Positions 10,701-20,709 of a stretch of DNA of 64,000 nucleotides are shown one piece after another (the first letter of the stretch is position 1; each line of letters starts with the position of its first letter). The notes beneath the pieces were generated by a model that had not been told where the DNA came from, did no database searches, and saw nothing but the letters and a program-made list of their open reading frames with translations. This DNA is from an uncultured cyanobacterium. Its GTDB lineage: Bacteria > Cyanobacteriota > Cyanobacteriia > Cyanobacteriales > CAWCAG01. A program made the position numbers and the translations under genes. Location of the stretch: positions 256,001 to 320,000 of the forward strand of contig CAWCAG010000009.1 of NCBI GenBank assembly GCA_963793425.1, written 5' to 3'.

Positions 10701-11118
10701 AGCGGCTTGTCATCCTGATACTCCTGCCTTTCCCCATCATCCCCAACACCATGATTTGGTTAGCCAGGGGAGTAAGTTTATTATTGATACAGAAGCTAGT
10801 AGCGGGGGGCAATTAGGCCGTCCTTCGGGGGCAAGGTTCCGCAGTTATGAGAGGTTAAAGCGTTATAGTACCCAGGTGAAGGGGACGTTGTTTGCAACTC
10901 AAGATTTGCTAAAGGCGATTAACCAAATTTATCAATATCCTTTAAGGCAGTCGGCAATTGATCGGCTGAATCGTTCCTTAAAAAGTGGTGTGGATGATCA
11001 ACAGTTGGCAGAGTTAGTGGTTGCTTTGTATTTAGATGATCGTCTTTGCCTTGTTCATGAGGAAGGAAGAAAACAAGAACCACAAATTATTTGTTCGATG
11101 GGATTGTTTGAACATTAA
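7774..11118 (+). CDS. PLD-nuclease domain / SNF2-family helicase (restriction or defence associated)
   Basis: HAKLYL...GSSNLT (PLD), DVVGLGKT (Walker A), DESH, LLTATP, SEGLNLQ and QRAGRVDR. Confidence 0.88.
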   Translation: MTRIFDNIGQHLLPVLRATLEISKRADFCVGYFNLRGWGKIAAQIEHFAGKEDSCCRLLIGMQRLPETEVHRSLALGGDHSGLDNRRVLRWKKQVAQDFCQQLSWGVPTNKDELALRQLQKQLQEGKVRVKFFLRYPLHAKLYLIHRDDFNNPTIGFLGSSNLTLSGLQNQGELNVDILDHDACLKLQRWFEARWEDRWCVDVSEEIIAAIEESWAREKLIPPYHIYLKIAYHLSSEARAGLAEYRIPRSVSGELFEFQKAAVKIAARHLNQRGGVLVGDVVGLGKTRIAATLAKILEEDFFLETLIICPKNLVPMWQEYVYNYQLRGKVLSLSRVQTELPQERRYRVVLIDESHNLRNRQGKRYRAIAEYIALNESRCILLTATPYNKTYLDLSSQLRLFINEDQDLGTRPEKLLKELGGEMEFSRKHQAPVRSLAAFEKSEYADDWRELMRHYMVRRTRSFIENNYAKEDATGRKYLEYPDGSKSYFPLRKPQTLTFDSTENGRLYSEEMVNTLGDLNLPRYGLGNYAISPKSAKGKGMTGEESAQIKDLSRGGKRLMGFCRTNLFKRLESSGIAFLQSLDRHLLRNYIFLYGIAHQLRLPIGSQDASLLDPQQSDDDTLFSQGEEEEIAEVSTAFVSETEKEYWQRAAQVYQEYATRYQKRFKWIRPQLFKASLKKDLQADCSTLLKLLQSCGSWQANQDQKLQVLIDLVCTTHPQEKVLIFSQFADTVNYLTTEMQKRGVKRVAGVTGSSKNPAAIAWDFSPQSNGKPLPEAKQLRILIATDVLSEGLNLQDCAIIVNYDLPWAIIRLIQRAGRVDRFGQAAAKILCYSFLPAEGVEEVIRLRSRLRQRLKENAEVVGTDEAFFEDDLDEQVMLDLYHEKSGILDGEEDTEVDLTSEAYQIWKNAVDADPPLKKIIENLNNVVYATRHHNSTPTHPEGVLLYMKTAEGNDALAWVNKEGQSVTESQFAILRAAACHPDTPAFPHHPQHHDLVSQGSKFIIDTEASSGGQLGRPSGARFRSYERLKRYSTQVKGTLFATQDLLKAINQIYQYPLRQSAIDRLNRSLKSGVDDQQLAELVVALYLDDRLCLVHEEGRKQEPQIICSMGLFEH

Positions 11119-11431
11119 CGTACCTACACCTCATATTAGTTTTGTTGTACCTTATTGCCTGTATTGATTGGAAAAACAAATTTTACAAAGATAAATAATT
11201 TGCTTTTGTCAAGACCCTTATTTACACAATTGCGCCTTTTGAGCTATTATTACCTCATGTTATTTTAGGGTTTTTATAACTAAGATCAAAGCTTCTCTTC
11301 TCAAAGCTTGATTTAAGGTGATTATCAAACTCATTTTTTCTGCAAAGACCAAAAAAAATATCATTACGCTCTATTAATTAATGTCACACCAAAAAAGTTT
11401 ATTTGACAAAATACCGTGATTTGGCTATGTC

Positions 11432-11515
11432 TGCCCACCAAAATTAATAGGCAGTGGTGGGCAAATATTTGAGATAGATTTAAATTAACGAATGTCTTCT
11501 TTTTCGCCCCCCCTA
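11432..11515. repeat. REP-like hairpin (TGCCCACCA...TGGTGGGCA)
   Basis: Inverted repeat seen directly. Related TGGTGGGCAA at ~13061 lies on the other side of the TPR gene. Confidence 0.6.
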
Positions 11516-12913
11516 TTTTCTACTTTCTAGTTGTTCCAAGAGAATTCTGCGATTATTAATCGCTGCTTGATAATCAGGCTTAATCTCTAAAGCTTGATCA
11601 TAAGATGCTAATGCTTCGGAGTATTGTTCTAAATTCTTGAGGGCAATGCCACGATTATTCCAAGCTGCATAGGTATTTGGTGCAATCTCCAAAACTTTCT
11701 CAAAGGATGCTAATGCTTCGGAGTGTTTGCCTAAGTTTCCTAAAGCAATGCCGCGACTATTCCAAGCTTGATAATAGTTAGGTGTTATTTCTATCGCTTT
11801 GTCAAGGGAAACTAATGCTTCTGAAGGGTTCCCGGCCATATCTAGAGCAATGCCACGACGATACCAAGCTTGATAATAGTCAGGTTTAATTTCTACAGCT
11901 TTGTCAAAAGAAGCAACTGCTTCTAAGTAGTTTTCTAAATTTTCTAGCACAATACCGCGACTATACCAAGCATAATGATAATCGGGTTTTATTTCTACAG
12001 CTTTGTTAAGGGAAACTAGTGCTTCTGAAGGGTTCCCTACCATATCTAAGGAGATGCCACGACGATACCAGGCTATAAAGTTGTTAGGTACAATCTCTAA
12101 AGCTTTATCATAAGAGGCGATCGCTTCCTCATATTGTTCTAAATTATCTAAGGCAATGGCGCGATTATACCAAGTTACGTGATCGTCAGGTTTGACTTTT
12201 AAATATTTGTCAAAAGAAGCTACTGCTTGCTGATAATCTTTTAACTTATATAGGGCATTGCCGCGACTGTCCCAAGCATAATGGTAATCAGGTTTAGTTT
12301 CTAAAGCTTTGTCAAAAGAAGCTACTGCTTGCTGATAATCTTCTAATTCATATAGGGCAATGCCGCGACGATACCAAGCCTGATAATAGTCAGGTTTGAT
12401 TTCTAAAGCCTTGTCAAAAGAAGCTACTGCTTGCTGATAATCTTCTAATTTATATAGGGCATTACCCTGCCCATACCAAGCCTGATAGTAGTCAGGTTTA
12501 ATCTCTAAAGCTTTGTTATAGGAGGCGATCGCCTCCTCGTATTTCTCTAAATTATTGAGAACAATACCGCGACTATTCCAAGCATAATGAAAGTCAGCTT
12601 TAATTTCTATCGCTTTGTCAAGGGAGACTAATGCCTCTGAGAACTTTCCTGACATATCTAGGACAACACCGTGAAGATACCAAGCTTGATAGTAATTAGG
12701 CTTAATCTCTACAGCTTTCTCAAAAGATGCGATCGCCTCTTCATAACGTTCCTGTTCAAATAATTCCATACCCTCAGAAAACAAATCTTCTGCTGTCATC
12801 GTTTCAGCAATTTCTACTTTTACAGCAGCAACTGAAGGTTGGTTAACGAAAACCCCAGTAGATAAAGAGAAAACCAGAATACCGGGAAGAGTCAATTGGT
12901 AAGGAAATTTCAT
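11513..12913 (-). CDS. Secreted tetratricopeptide-repeat protein (~12 TPRs)
   Basis: 34-aa repeats (AWY.RG.AL..L..Y.EA.ASFDKALEIKPDY). Signal-peptide-like N-terminus from ATG 12913. Confidence 0.92.
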   Translation of the reverse strand: MKFPYQLTLPGILVFSLSTGVFVNQPSVAAVKVEIAETMTAEDLFSEGMELFEQERYEEAIASFEKAVEIKPNYYQAWYLHGVVLDMSGKFSEALVSLDKAIEIKADFHYAWNSRGIVLNNLEKYEEAIASYNKALEIKPDYYQAWYGQGNALYKLEDYQQAVASFDKALEIKPDYYQAWYRRGIALYELEDYQQAVASFDKALETKPDYHYAWDSRGNALYKLKDYQQAVASFDKYLKVKPDDHVTWYNRAIALDNLEQYEEAIASYDKALEIVPNNFIAWYRRGISLDMVGNPSEALVSLNKAVEIKPDYHYAWYSRGIVLENLENYLEAVASFDKAVEIKPDYYQAWYRRGIALDMAGNPSEALVSLDKAIEITPNYYQAWNSRGIALGNLGKHSEALASFEKVLEIAPNTYAAWNNRGIALKNLEQYSEALASYDQALEIKPDYQAAINNRRILLEQLESRK

Positions 12914-13179
12914 AATGTGTCTCAGTAGGATCAAGATTGCAGTTGAGGTTGAGTCGCATTTTAATGATTGCACTCAAGAAGGATTTCTCTGCTTCGAGGA
13001 GATAAATACTCAAAGGCAACGAAACTTTAACAATTATGATTTAAAGGGAACCTTTGGTAATGGTGGGCAAATGTTTTAAAGCAAGTCTAATCAACCATAT
13101 CCAGCAGTATGGGCAAAAGAACTTTATAGCACATCTAAACTTTACAAAAATTTACGTTTTTTTTCTCGAATTTTACCTT

Positions 13180-13298
13180 ATTTTTCCCTTGACAAGGTAA
13201 AATTATTTTAGATAATGGAAATAGTCGCAATTTTCTGAAACGAAGCATCTATTTCCCCTTATAAAATATTATCATTAAACAGTAATACAACCAAAAGA
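13180..13298. repeat. Dispersed ~118-bp repeat, copy A
   Basis: TTTTCCCTTGACAAGGTAAAATTATTTTAGATAATGGAAATAG...CTATTTCCC...; similar to 25041-25158 and 47931-48046. Confidence 0.85.
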
Positions 13299-13393
13299 TA
13301 GAAAATTTCTTTTCTTTTTTGCTTATCCTAATTTCTCGTCTTCGAGTATGGAGATAGAAATGAGCAAATGAAAGGTATGATAGATAATTAAAA

Positions 13394-13804
13394 ATGGCGA
13401 GAGATAGATTTCATAATGTTGTGAGAACTGCTCTAGAAAAAGACAATTGGCAGATTACAGCCGATCCTTACGAAATTAGTATCGACGATGTAGACTTTGA
13501 AATTGATTTAGCCGCAGAACAATTGTTAGCAGCAGAACGAGGAAATCAAAAAGTTGCTGTGGAAGTGAAAAGTTTTATTAGTCCATCTAATGTTTCTGAC
13601 TTTCATACAGCGTTAGGTCAATTCCTCAATTACCGAGATGCACTGACAAAAATTGAACCAGATCGCTTACTTTATTTGGCTGTGCGATTGCCAATTTACG
13701 AAACTTTTTTCCAGCGACGCTTTATTACCGCAGCAGTTGAAAGATATCAATTACGATTAGTGATTTATGATGTCAAGCAGGAGGTAATTGTTCAATGGCT
13801 GTAG
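13394..13804 (+). CDS. xisH: XisH family protein (PD-(D/E)XK-like)
   Basis: MARDRFH...IDLAAE...AVEVKSF...FHTALGQFLNY motif set. Confidence 0.92.
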   Translation: MARDRFHNVVRTALEKDNWQITADPYEISIDDVDFEIDLAAEQLLAAERGNQKVAVEVKSFISPSNVSDFHTALGQFLNYRDALTKIEPDRLLYLAVRLPIYETFFQRRFITAAVERYQLRLVIYDVKQEVIVQWL

Positions 13805-14136
13805 AACAATATCGTCAGTATATAAAACATCTTCTTTCTGAGCGGGCTAAACAGGCTTCACAGCAACGGAATGCACCAGAGTATGAAGTTCAGACTGTAT
13901 TTGATATCCAGCAAGATCATTACCAATTACTTTATGTGGGTTGGCGCGGCAATAAGCGGGATTTTGGTTGCATTGTGCATATGGATATCAAGAAGGGGAA
14001 AATCTGGATTCAGCATGATGGTACAGAAGGAGGCTTTGCTAACCGTTTAGTTGAGATGGGAGTACCTAAGCAGGATATAGTTTTGGCGTTTCATGAACCT
14101 GAAATACGGGAGTATACCGATTTTGGTACAGGATAG
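13795..14136 (+). CDS. xisI: XisI family protein
   Basis: DHYQLLYVGW, HMDIKKGKIWIQHDGTE and GVPKQDIVLAF; overlaps xisH. Confidence 0.92.
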   Translation: MAVEQYRQYIKHLLSERAKQASQQRNAPEYEVQTVFDIQQDHYQLLYVGWRGNKRDFGCIVHMDIKKGKIWIQHDGTEGGFANRLVEMGVPKQDIVLAFHEPEIREYTDFGTG

Positions 14137-14200
14137 AAAAAAGCAAATTAAGGCGATCGCACTTAGCCTAAAATATTAAAAGTAGAAATACATCAAATAA

Positions 14201-17200
14201 ATGGCACTCAATTTTGAACGTATCCGTGATTTGGTAGACGAGTTTTGCTTTCAGGACGTATTTATTGAGGAGTTGGGGTGGGATCAACCTTCTAGTAGTA
14301 AGGTAGAGTCAGTTACAGTCGCCGCAAAGATTTATAACTATCAAAAAATAGCAGAAGCAGCAAAGGTAGCTATTTTTGAGGTGAAAGGGGCAGAGGGAGA
14401 GATTCCTGATGGACAGATTCGCACAGCGATACATAAAGAAATTGAACAACGGGTGGCGGAAAACCTGTTGATTTTTGTGGATGAGAAGAGGACACGCAGT
14501 TTATGGTATTGGGTGAAGCGAGAGGGTACGAAACGTTATATTCGTGATCATCTTTATGTGAGAGGGCAACCAGGGGATTTATTTTTAAGTAAGTTAAGTT
14601 CTTTAGTTCTTGATATTACGAAGTTAGAAGAATATGAAGAACTTTCTGTTGTTGAAGTTGCCCAGAAACTGAAAAGTGGTTTTGATATTGAACGGGTTAC
14701 GAAAAAGTTTTACCAAGAGTTTCAACAACAACATTTACATTTTCTCGATTTTGTTGCTGGTATTGATAAAGAAACAGATCGCCGTTGGTATACTTCGGTG
14801 TTATTGAATCGTTTGATGTTTGTTTATTTTTTGCAACGCAAGGGGTTTATTGATGGTGATCTTGACTATTTACAAAACAAGTTAGCACAAAGTAAAGCTA
14901 GGGGAGAAAATCGCTATTACCCGGAGTTTTTAACAGCGTTATTTTTTGCTGGATTTGGTCAGCGAGAAGTTGAGAGAGATGAGGTTGTTGTTGAGTTAAT
15001 TGGTAAGGTTAAATATCTCAACGGGGGGCTATTTCTAGAACATCCTATTGAACAGAAATATAAAGATATTGCTATTGCCGATGCTGCTTTTGAAGAGGTT
15101 TTAGATTTATTTTCCCGTTATTCTTGGAATCTTGATGATACTCCAGAAGGAAAAGATGATGAGATTAATCCTGATGTCTTGGGTTATATTTTTGAGAAGT
15201 ATATTAACCAAAAAGAGTACGGGGCTTATTATACTCGCCCGGAGATTACAGAATATTTATGCGATCGCACCATTAATAAACTGATTGTTGACCGGGTTAA
15301 CAATCAGGCAAAAACCAATTTCCCTGATATCAAAGAGTTATTGCTCAACTTAGATGCTAAGCTTTGTCGTCTTTTAGTTGAAGACATTCTTCCTAATTTA
15401 ACTATACTTGACCCCGCTTGTGGTTCGGGGGCGTTTTTAGTAGCAGGGATGAAGACGCTAATTTCGGTTTACACAGCCGTTATTGGCACAATTGAACTAA
15501 CGGGAAGTCGGAAGTTAAAAAAATGGCTCAAAGAGATTAATCGTTCCCATCCTTCTTTGGCTTATTTTGTTAAGAAGCGCATTATTACCGACAATCTCTA
15601 TGGTGTGGATATTATGGAGGAGGCGACAGAAATTGCTAAGTTGCGGTTGTTTTTAGCTTTGGTTTCTTCAGCACAAACAAAGGAAGAGTTGGAACCGTTA
15701 CCTAATATTGATTTTAATATTATGGTGGGTAATTCTTTGATTGGTTTGATTAGGGTTGACGAGGAAAGTTTTGATACAGTTGGGGAAGCTAAGCAAGGGA
15801 ATTTGTTACAGCCGTTAGCAGCAAAAGATTATCAAGAAACTCTGGCAGAAAAGAATGAAAGTGTGCGGCTGTATAAAGAACACGCTTTTAAATCTGGGGA
15901 AGTTGAAGGGACTCAACAAAGCGATCGCTTACAATTTTTACGAGATGATATTCAAAAGGTTAATGCCGAATCAACCCAAAAGTTGAATCAGTTATTGTTT
16001 GATGAATTTGGTAAGTTAAAGATTAAATACGAACAAGCACAGTTGCAAGGGAAGGCGAAGAAGCGGTTATTAGAGATAGAAGATATTGCTAGGTTGAAGC
16101 CCTTTCATTGGGGATATCATTTTGATGAGGTGATTGCAGATAAAGGCGGGTTTGATGCTATTATTACTAATCCACCTTGGGAAATATTTAAACCTAATGC
16201 CAGAGAGTTTTTTGTCCAACATAATGAGTTAGTGATAAAAAGCAAAATGGATATTAAGCAGTTTGAGAAAGCGAAGAAGAAGTTACTGCTTGATGCTGAA
16301 ATTGCTAACGCTTGGTTAGAGTATCAAAGTCAATTTCCCCACGTTAGCTCATACTATCGCAAGGCGGAACAATATAAAAATCAAATCTCTGTTGTTAATG
16401 GCAGAAAACAGGGAACAGATATTAATTTGTACAAGTTGTTTTTGGAACAATGTTTTAATTTACTTCATCCTAATGGTGACTGTGGAATTGTTGTTCCTCG
16501 GGGATTTATACAGATTTAGGAACTAAGCAACTCGGGAATTTATTATTTTCTGCAACTCGTTTAGGTAATTTGTTTGGTTTATCTAATGAAAGATTTATTT
16601 TTGATAATGTTGATCATCGTTTCAAGTTTTGTTTACTAGATTTTGAAAAAGGCGGTAATACGGAATCATTTCAAGCGGCATTTCGCATTAATCCCAGGGA
16701 AGCAATTAGGAAAGAGCAGTTAGAGGTATTTCTTAGAGATAAAAATGAACAAATAAAAATCTCTGTTCCGTTGATTCATCAGTTATCACCCGATTCTTTA
16801 TCCGTGATGGAATTTAAAAGTAATTTAGATATTACTATTGCTGAAAAGATGGCGAAGTTTCCTTTGTTAGGGGAAGAAGTTGTAGAGAAGTGGAATTTGA
16901 AATTAACCCGCGAGTTTGACATGACAAATAAAAGTTATTTGTTTAAAACTGAACCAGCAAAAGGAAGACTTCCCCTTTATGAAGGAAAAATGATTCATCA
17001 GTTTACTCATCAATGGGCTGAACCGAGATATTGGATTGATGAAGAAGAAGGAAGAGAAGCTGTATTAAAAAGAGGTGAAGAAGATGAAGGTCAAATATTA
17101 GATTATCAATGTTATCGATTAGCTTATAGAGCAATTGCTTCAAGTACAAATGAAAGAACTTTAATTGCTTCGATAATTCCCAACAGATGTTTTTACTGGT

Positions 17201-18161
17201 AATTCTTTAAATATTGCTGTTTTAGATAATTATTATCATTTACTAGTAATATCTAGTTTATTAAATAGCTTTTGTGTTGATTTTGCTTTACGCCAACAAG
17301 TATCAGCAAATATCAATATGTTCTACATTTATCAACTCCCCATTCCCCGCCTAACCGAAACAGACAAACACTTCCACACAAATAGTAGAACGTGCCGCCA
17401 AACTAATTTGCACAACTCCAGAATTTGACGAACTCGCCCAAGAAGTTGGTATAGAATCCCATAAAAACGGTATTACCGACGAAACCGAAAGAGCAAAACT
17501 TCGTGCTGAACTTGACGGCATCATCGCCCACATTTACCGCTTAAGCGAACAAGAATTTCAACATATTCTTAACACCTTTCCCCTCATTTCCGAAGAAACA
17601 AAACAAGCTGCCCTAACGGAATATCATAACTTTACTCCCCTCTCTGGCGACCCAGAAATAGTCAACTTAATCACCCAAGGAGAAAGCGCCACCTTAGAGT
17701 TTAAATCTACTGCCCGTTGGGACTTGCGGGAGAATAAAAAGAGTAAAGTTATGGAACAAATCATCGTCAAAACCGTCGCCGCTTTCCTGAATAGTCAAGG
17801 GGGAACATTATTAATTGGCGTTGAAGATGACGGTAATGTAATTGGTTTAGAAGCAGACTATCAAACTCTGAAAAAAGGTAACAAACAAGATGCCTATGAA
17901 CTATTTTTAACGGACTTACTCTTAGAAAAAGAAATAGGCAAAGACTCCGCCCCTTATATCCGTATAAGTTTCGGTGAAGTAGAAAAAAAAGATGTTTGCC
18001 AAATTACCGTTAAACCTTCTCCTCGCCCTGTTTATATTCAGACTAAAAACAAAAATGGTGAACAAGAAGAAAGCTTATTTATCCGTGTCAACAACTCCAC
18101 CAGAAAACTAGACAAACCTAGCGAAATTCGCAACTACTGCCAAGACAGATGGGCGAAGTAA
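14201..18161 (+). CDS. Type IIG/Eco57I-like (DrmMI-like) N6-adenine DNA methyltransferase with TRD and C-terminal AlbA_2/Schlafen domain; three single-base frameshifts (~16498, ~17191, ~17375)
   Basis: YLNGGLF, LDPACGSGAFL, NPPW and LPLYEGKMIHQF motifs. The reading continues by hand across the shifts: VVPSGIYTDLG, CFTGNSL, QIVERAAKLICTTPEFDELA, then QGESATLEFKS...AFLNSQGGTLLIGV. Confidence 0.82.
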
Positions 18162-18196
18162 TAGGTAATAATTAGAAACTAGCTAAATTCAACAAC

Positions 18197-18285
18197 GTAG
18201 TGGCGTGACACGCCTAAAATGATGCTTTAGAAAAAGAGTCATACTGTTTTTATTCATGTTTCTAAGTGATAATCTATTGCACTAC
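18197..18285. mobile_element. Small MITE-like element with GTAGTG...CACTAC termini
   Basis: gtagtggcgtgacacgcc...ctattgcactac, with 6-bp terminal inverted repeats, located between convergent genes. Confidence 0.5.
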
Positions 18286-18328
18286 TTTCTCTTTCAGTGG
18301 ATACGAGAGTTAGGGAAATAGGGAGAAG

Positions 18329-19039
18329 TTAATCACTACTAACAGTAGGAATAGTCATTGTAGAAGTAATTCTTTCTGCCAAACGCGAAAAAGGTAAACT
18401 TTGTAAATAAACAACACCTGGCCCTTTTAACCTCGCCAAAAACAAACCTTCTCCCCCAAATAAAGCATTACGAAAGCCACCGACAAATTGAATGTCGTAA
18501 CCTACAGAAGGAGCAAAAGCTACTAAACAGCCCGTATCTACCCGTAAAGATTGTCCTTGGGCAAGAGTTTTTTCAACAATTGCACCCCCAGCATGAACGA
18601 AGGCATAACCATCTCCCTTTAATTCTTGTAAGATAAAGCCTTCACCACCAAAGAAGCCTGTACCAAGACGTTTGGTGAAAGCAACGTTGATATCTGTCCC
18701 GTTAGCTGCACAAAGAAAGGCATCTTTTTGACATAAAAATCTTCCTCCTAATCTGCTTAAATCAAGGGGAATAATTTGCCCTGGACAAGTGGCAGAAAAA
18801 CCTACCCTGGCTTTACCCCTGCCTCCATTGGCAAAAGTAGTAATGAAGAAACTTTCCCCAGTAATCATCCGTTTAAAGCCGGAAAATATGCCCCCACCTG
18901 TGGAAGTCTGCATTTGGATGCCATCTTCCATATAGGTCATTGTACCAACTTCTGCTTGTACTCCTTCACCAGGATCTAGTTCTATTTCTACTAGCTGGAG
19001 GGAGTCACCATAGATTTTGTAGTCAATAATATCAGCCAT
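18329..19039 (-). CDS. TIGR00266 / AIM24 family protein
   Basis: KRMITGESFF, CQKDAFLCAA, GFFGGEGFILQ, LRVDTGC and LQSLPFSRLA. Confidence 0.92.
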   Translation of the reverse strand: MADIIDYKIYGDSLQLVEIELDPGEGVQAEVGTMTYMEDGIQMQTSTGGGIFSGFKRMITGESFFITTFANGGRGKARVGFSATCPGQIIPLDLSRLGGRFLCQKDAFLCAANGTDINVAFTKRLGTGFFGGEGFILQELKGDGYAFVHAGGAIVEKTLAQGQSLRVDTGCLVAFAPSVGYDIQFVGGFRNALFGGEGLFLARLKGPGVVYLQSLPFSRLAERITSTMTIPTVSSD

Positions 19040-19061
19040 TTTTTCAGTACTTACTAATCTA

Positions 19062-19330
19062 GTGAACTACCTCAGCCTAAAGACGTGAGGCTTCCTATCC
19101 AACAGATTGCGTAATAGTAGACTTCTTACGTCCTCTACTATCACGGCTTACGTCTGGACAATAGACTACCTCCCCTGTCCCAGAGGATAAAATACGCAAT
19201 CCTTCATCCAGGATGTTTTTAGCTGCATTGATCTCTCTATGGATTTTGGCGTGAACTATTTCCATCTTAGGGAACTTTAGACCCTTTAGACCATCTTTGA
19301 CAATAGAGACATTCTTTTGAATAGCCAAAG
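19062..19330 (-). mobile_element. tnpB: IS200/IS605 remnant: internally deleted tnpB plus right end
   Basis: KFPKM.IVHAKIHR is fused to EINAAKNILDEGLRIL (TnpB C-terminus). The subterminal hairpin GAAGCCTCAC...TGAGGTAGTTCAC ends in TTCAC. Confidence 0.8.
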
Positions 19331-19517
19331 TGCCGTTAGCAACTAGCCATTAGCAACTAGCAATTAGCAATTAACAATTAATATTTTCCTAAGAAAAAAA
19401 TCCAATAAAAATCTCCCGAAAACATCTATTAATCTTAGTATTTTAATTGTCAAAATGTCCGGATAGAGTGAGGAATCTTCTTAATAGATTAGTGTGTAGC
19501 AAGGAACCTAAAAATTC

Positions 19518-20684
19518 ATGCGATTATCTAGCCTCACTTTATACACATTAACTGCTTTGATTGCAGGTGGAAAGGCTGTTCAAGCCAATGAAAATATCTC
19601 GGTTCCAGATTTGGCTGAAGAACCAGAAACACCTGTTGATTTAATTGCAGAAGATGATACAAATGAAATTTCTGAAGTAGTAATGCCTCAAACAGAGGTA
19701 CTTCCTCCAGAAAATCAACTTGCCCAAGTAGAGTTTTCTTCCCCAAAAACAGCAACTCAACCTGTTGAGTTAGCCCAATTACCCAGCTTAAATACTTCCA
19801 CCCAAGCAGAAGAGTTAAAAGCAGAAACTATAATACCAGAAACCATAACACCAGAAGAAACTCCACTAGTTGCTGAGACTTCAGAAAACTGTAATGCGTC
19901 TCACTCAAACAATTCCGAACAGTTTGAGGAAATTGCTTCAACTCAACTCTTGGCTCAAAAACGCTTTCAACGTTGTCCTCGCCCTTTAGAAGTTGAACCT
20001 TTAGAAGCCCCCGAATTTGATGCTTTTGCCGCTTCCCCTGCCTTAAGCATTTACATTCCCGTTGGTTATGGCGCAGATCGCAACACCATTTTCACCTCCC
20101 ATAGCTATCAATCTGCGGTCAGAGTAGATGATGGTTCAGTTTATTCGGCTGGGGTGGGAGTTGGTTTAGGAGATGCAGATAAAGCTGTTGGTGTGGAACT
20201 ATCCTATGCCTTAGATACCAACAATGCCTTTGGGGATGGGGGCTTCAATACCAAAGTACACAAACGCTTTGGCAATGATTGGTCAGGGGCTTTAGGTTGG
20301 AATGGTTTGCTCAACACCAGCCGTAATGACTTTGAACAATCTTTTTATGGGGCCCTCACTAAAGTTTTTCGTACCCAACCTTCTTTGAATGATAGCTTCA
20401 GTCGGGTTTCTGTTACCGCCGGGTTAGGAGATGGACAGTTTCGCTCTAATGGGGCTGTGGCCGTAGGTGATAACAATATTAACGCCTTCGGTAACGTAGC
20501 GGTTCGGGTCGCCCGTCCTGTGAGTTTAATTGCAGAGTGGACAGGGCAAGATTTAGGTTTAGGGGTTTCCATTGCTCCCTTTAAAAATATTCCCATCGTC
20601 GTCACCCCAGCCTTCAGAGATGTGGCAGGTGCTGGTGATAAACCCAGGTTTGTCCTGGGTTTGGGTGCAGCTTGGAGATTATAA
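19518..20684 (+). CDS. Secreted hypothetical protein, acidic N-terminus plus putative outer-membrane beta-barrel
   Basis: Signal peptide. The C-terminal half has alternating Gly/aromatic beta-strand patterns and ends GLGAAWRL. Confidence 0.6.
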   Translation: MRLSSLTLYTLTALIAGGKAVQANENISVPDLAEEPETPVDLIAEDDTNEISEVVMPQTEVLPPENQLAQVEFSSPKTATQPVELAQLPSLNTSTQAEELKAETIIPETITPEETPLVAETSENCNASHSNNSEQFEEIASTQLLAQKRFQRCPRPLEVEPLEAPEFDAFAASPALSIYIPVGYGADRNTIFTSHSYQSAVRVDDGSVYSAGVGVGLGDADKAVGVELSYALDTNNAFGDGGFNTKVHKRFGNDWSGALGWNGLLNTSRNDFEQSFYGALTKVFRTQPSLNDSFSRVSVTAGLGDGQFRSNGAVAVGDNNINAFGNVAVRVARPVSLIAEWTGQDLGLGVSIAPFKNIPIVVTPAFRDVAGAGDKPRFVLGLGAAWRL

Positions 20685-20709
20685 GTATTAAATTAAGGAC
20701 GTAAAAATC

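Noticed and set aside
16490..17380. Programmed frameshifting or phase variation in the MTase
   Set aside because: The runs are short and similar indels occur in many unrelated genes here, so sequencing error is more parsimonious
7774..18161. Calling the locus a complete DISARM or BREX system
   Set aside because: No drmA/drmB (DUF1998) or brxC/pglZ genes were recognised in the window
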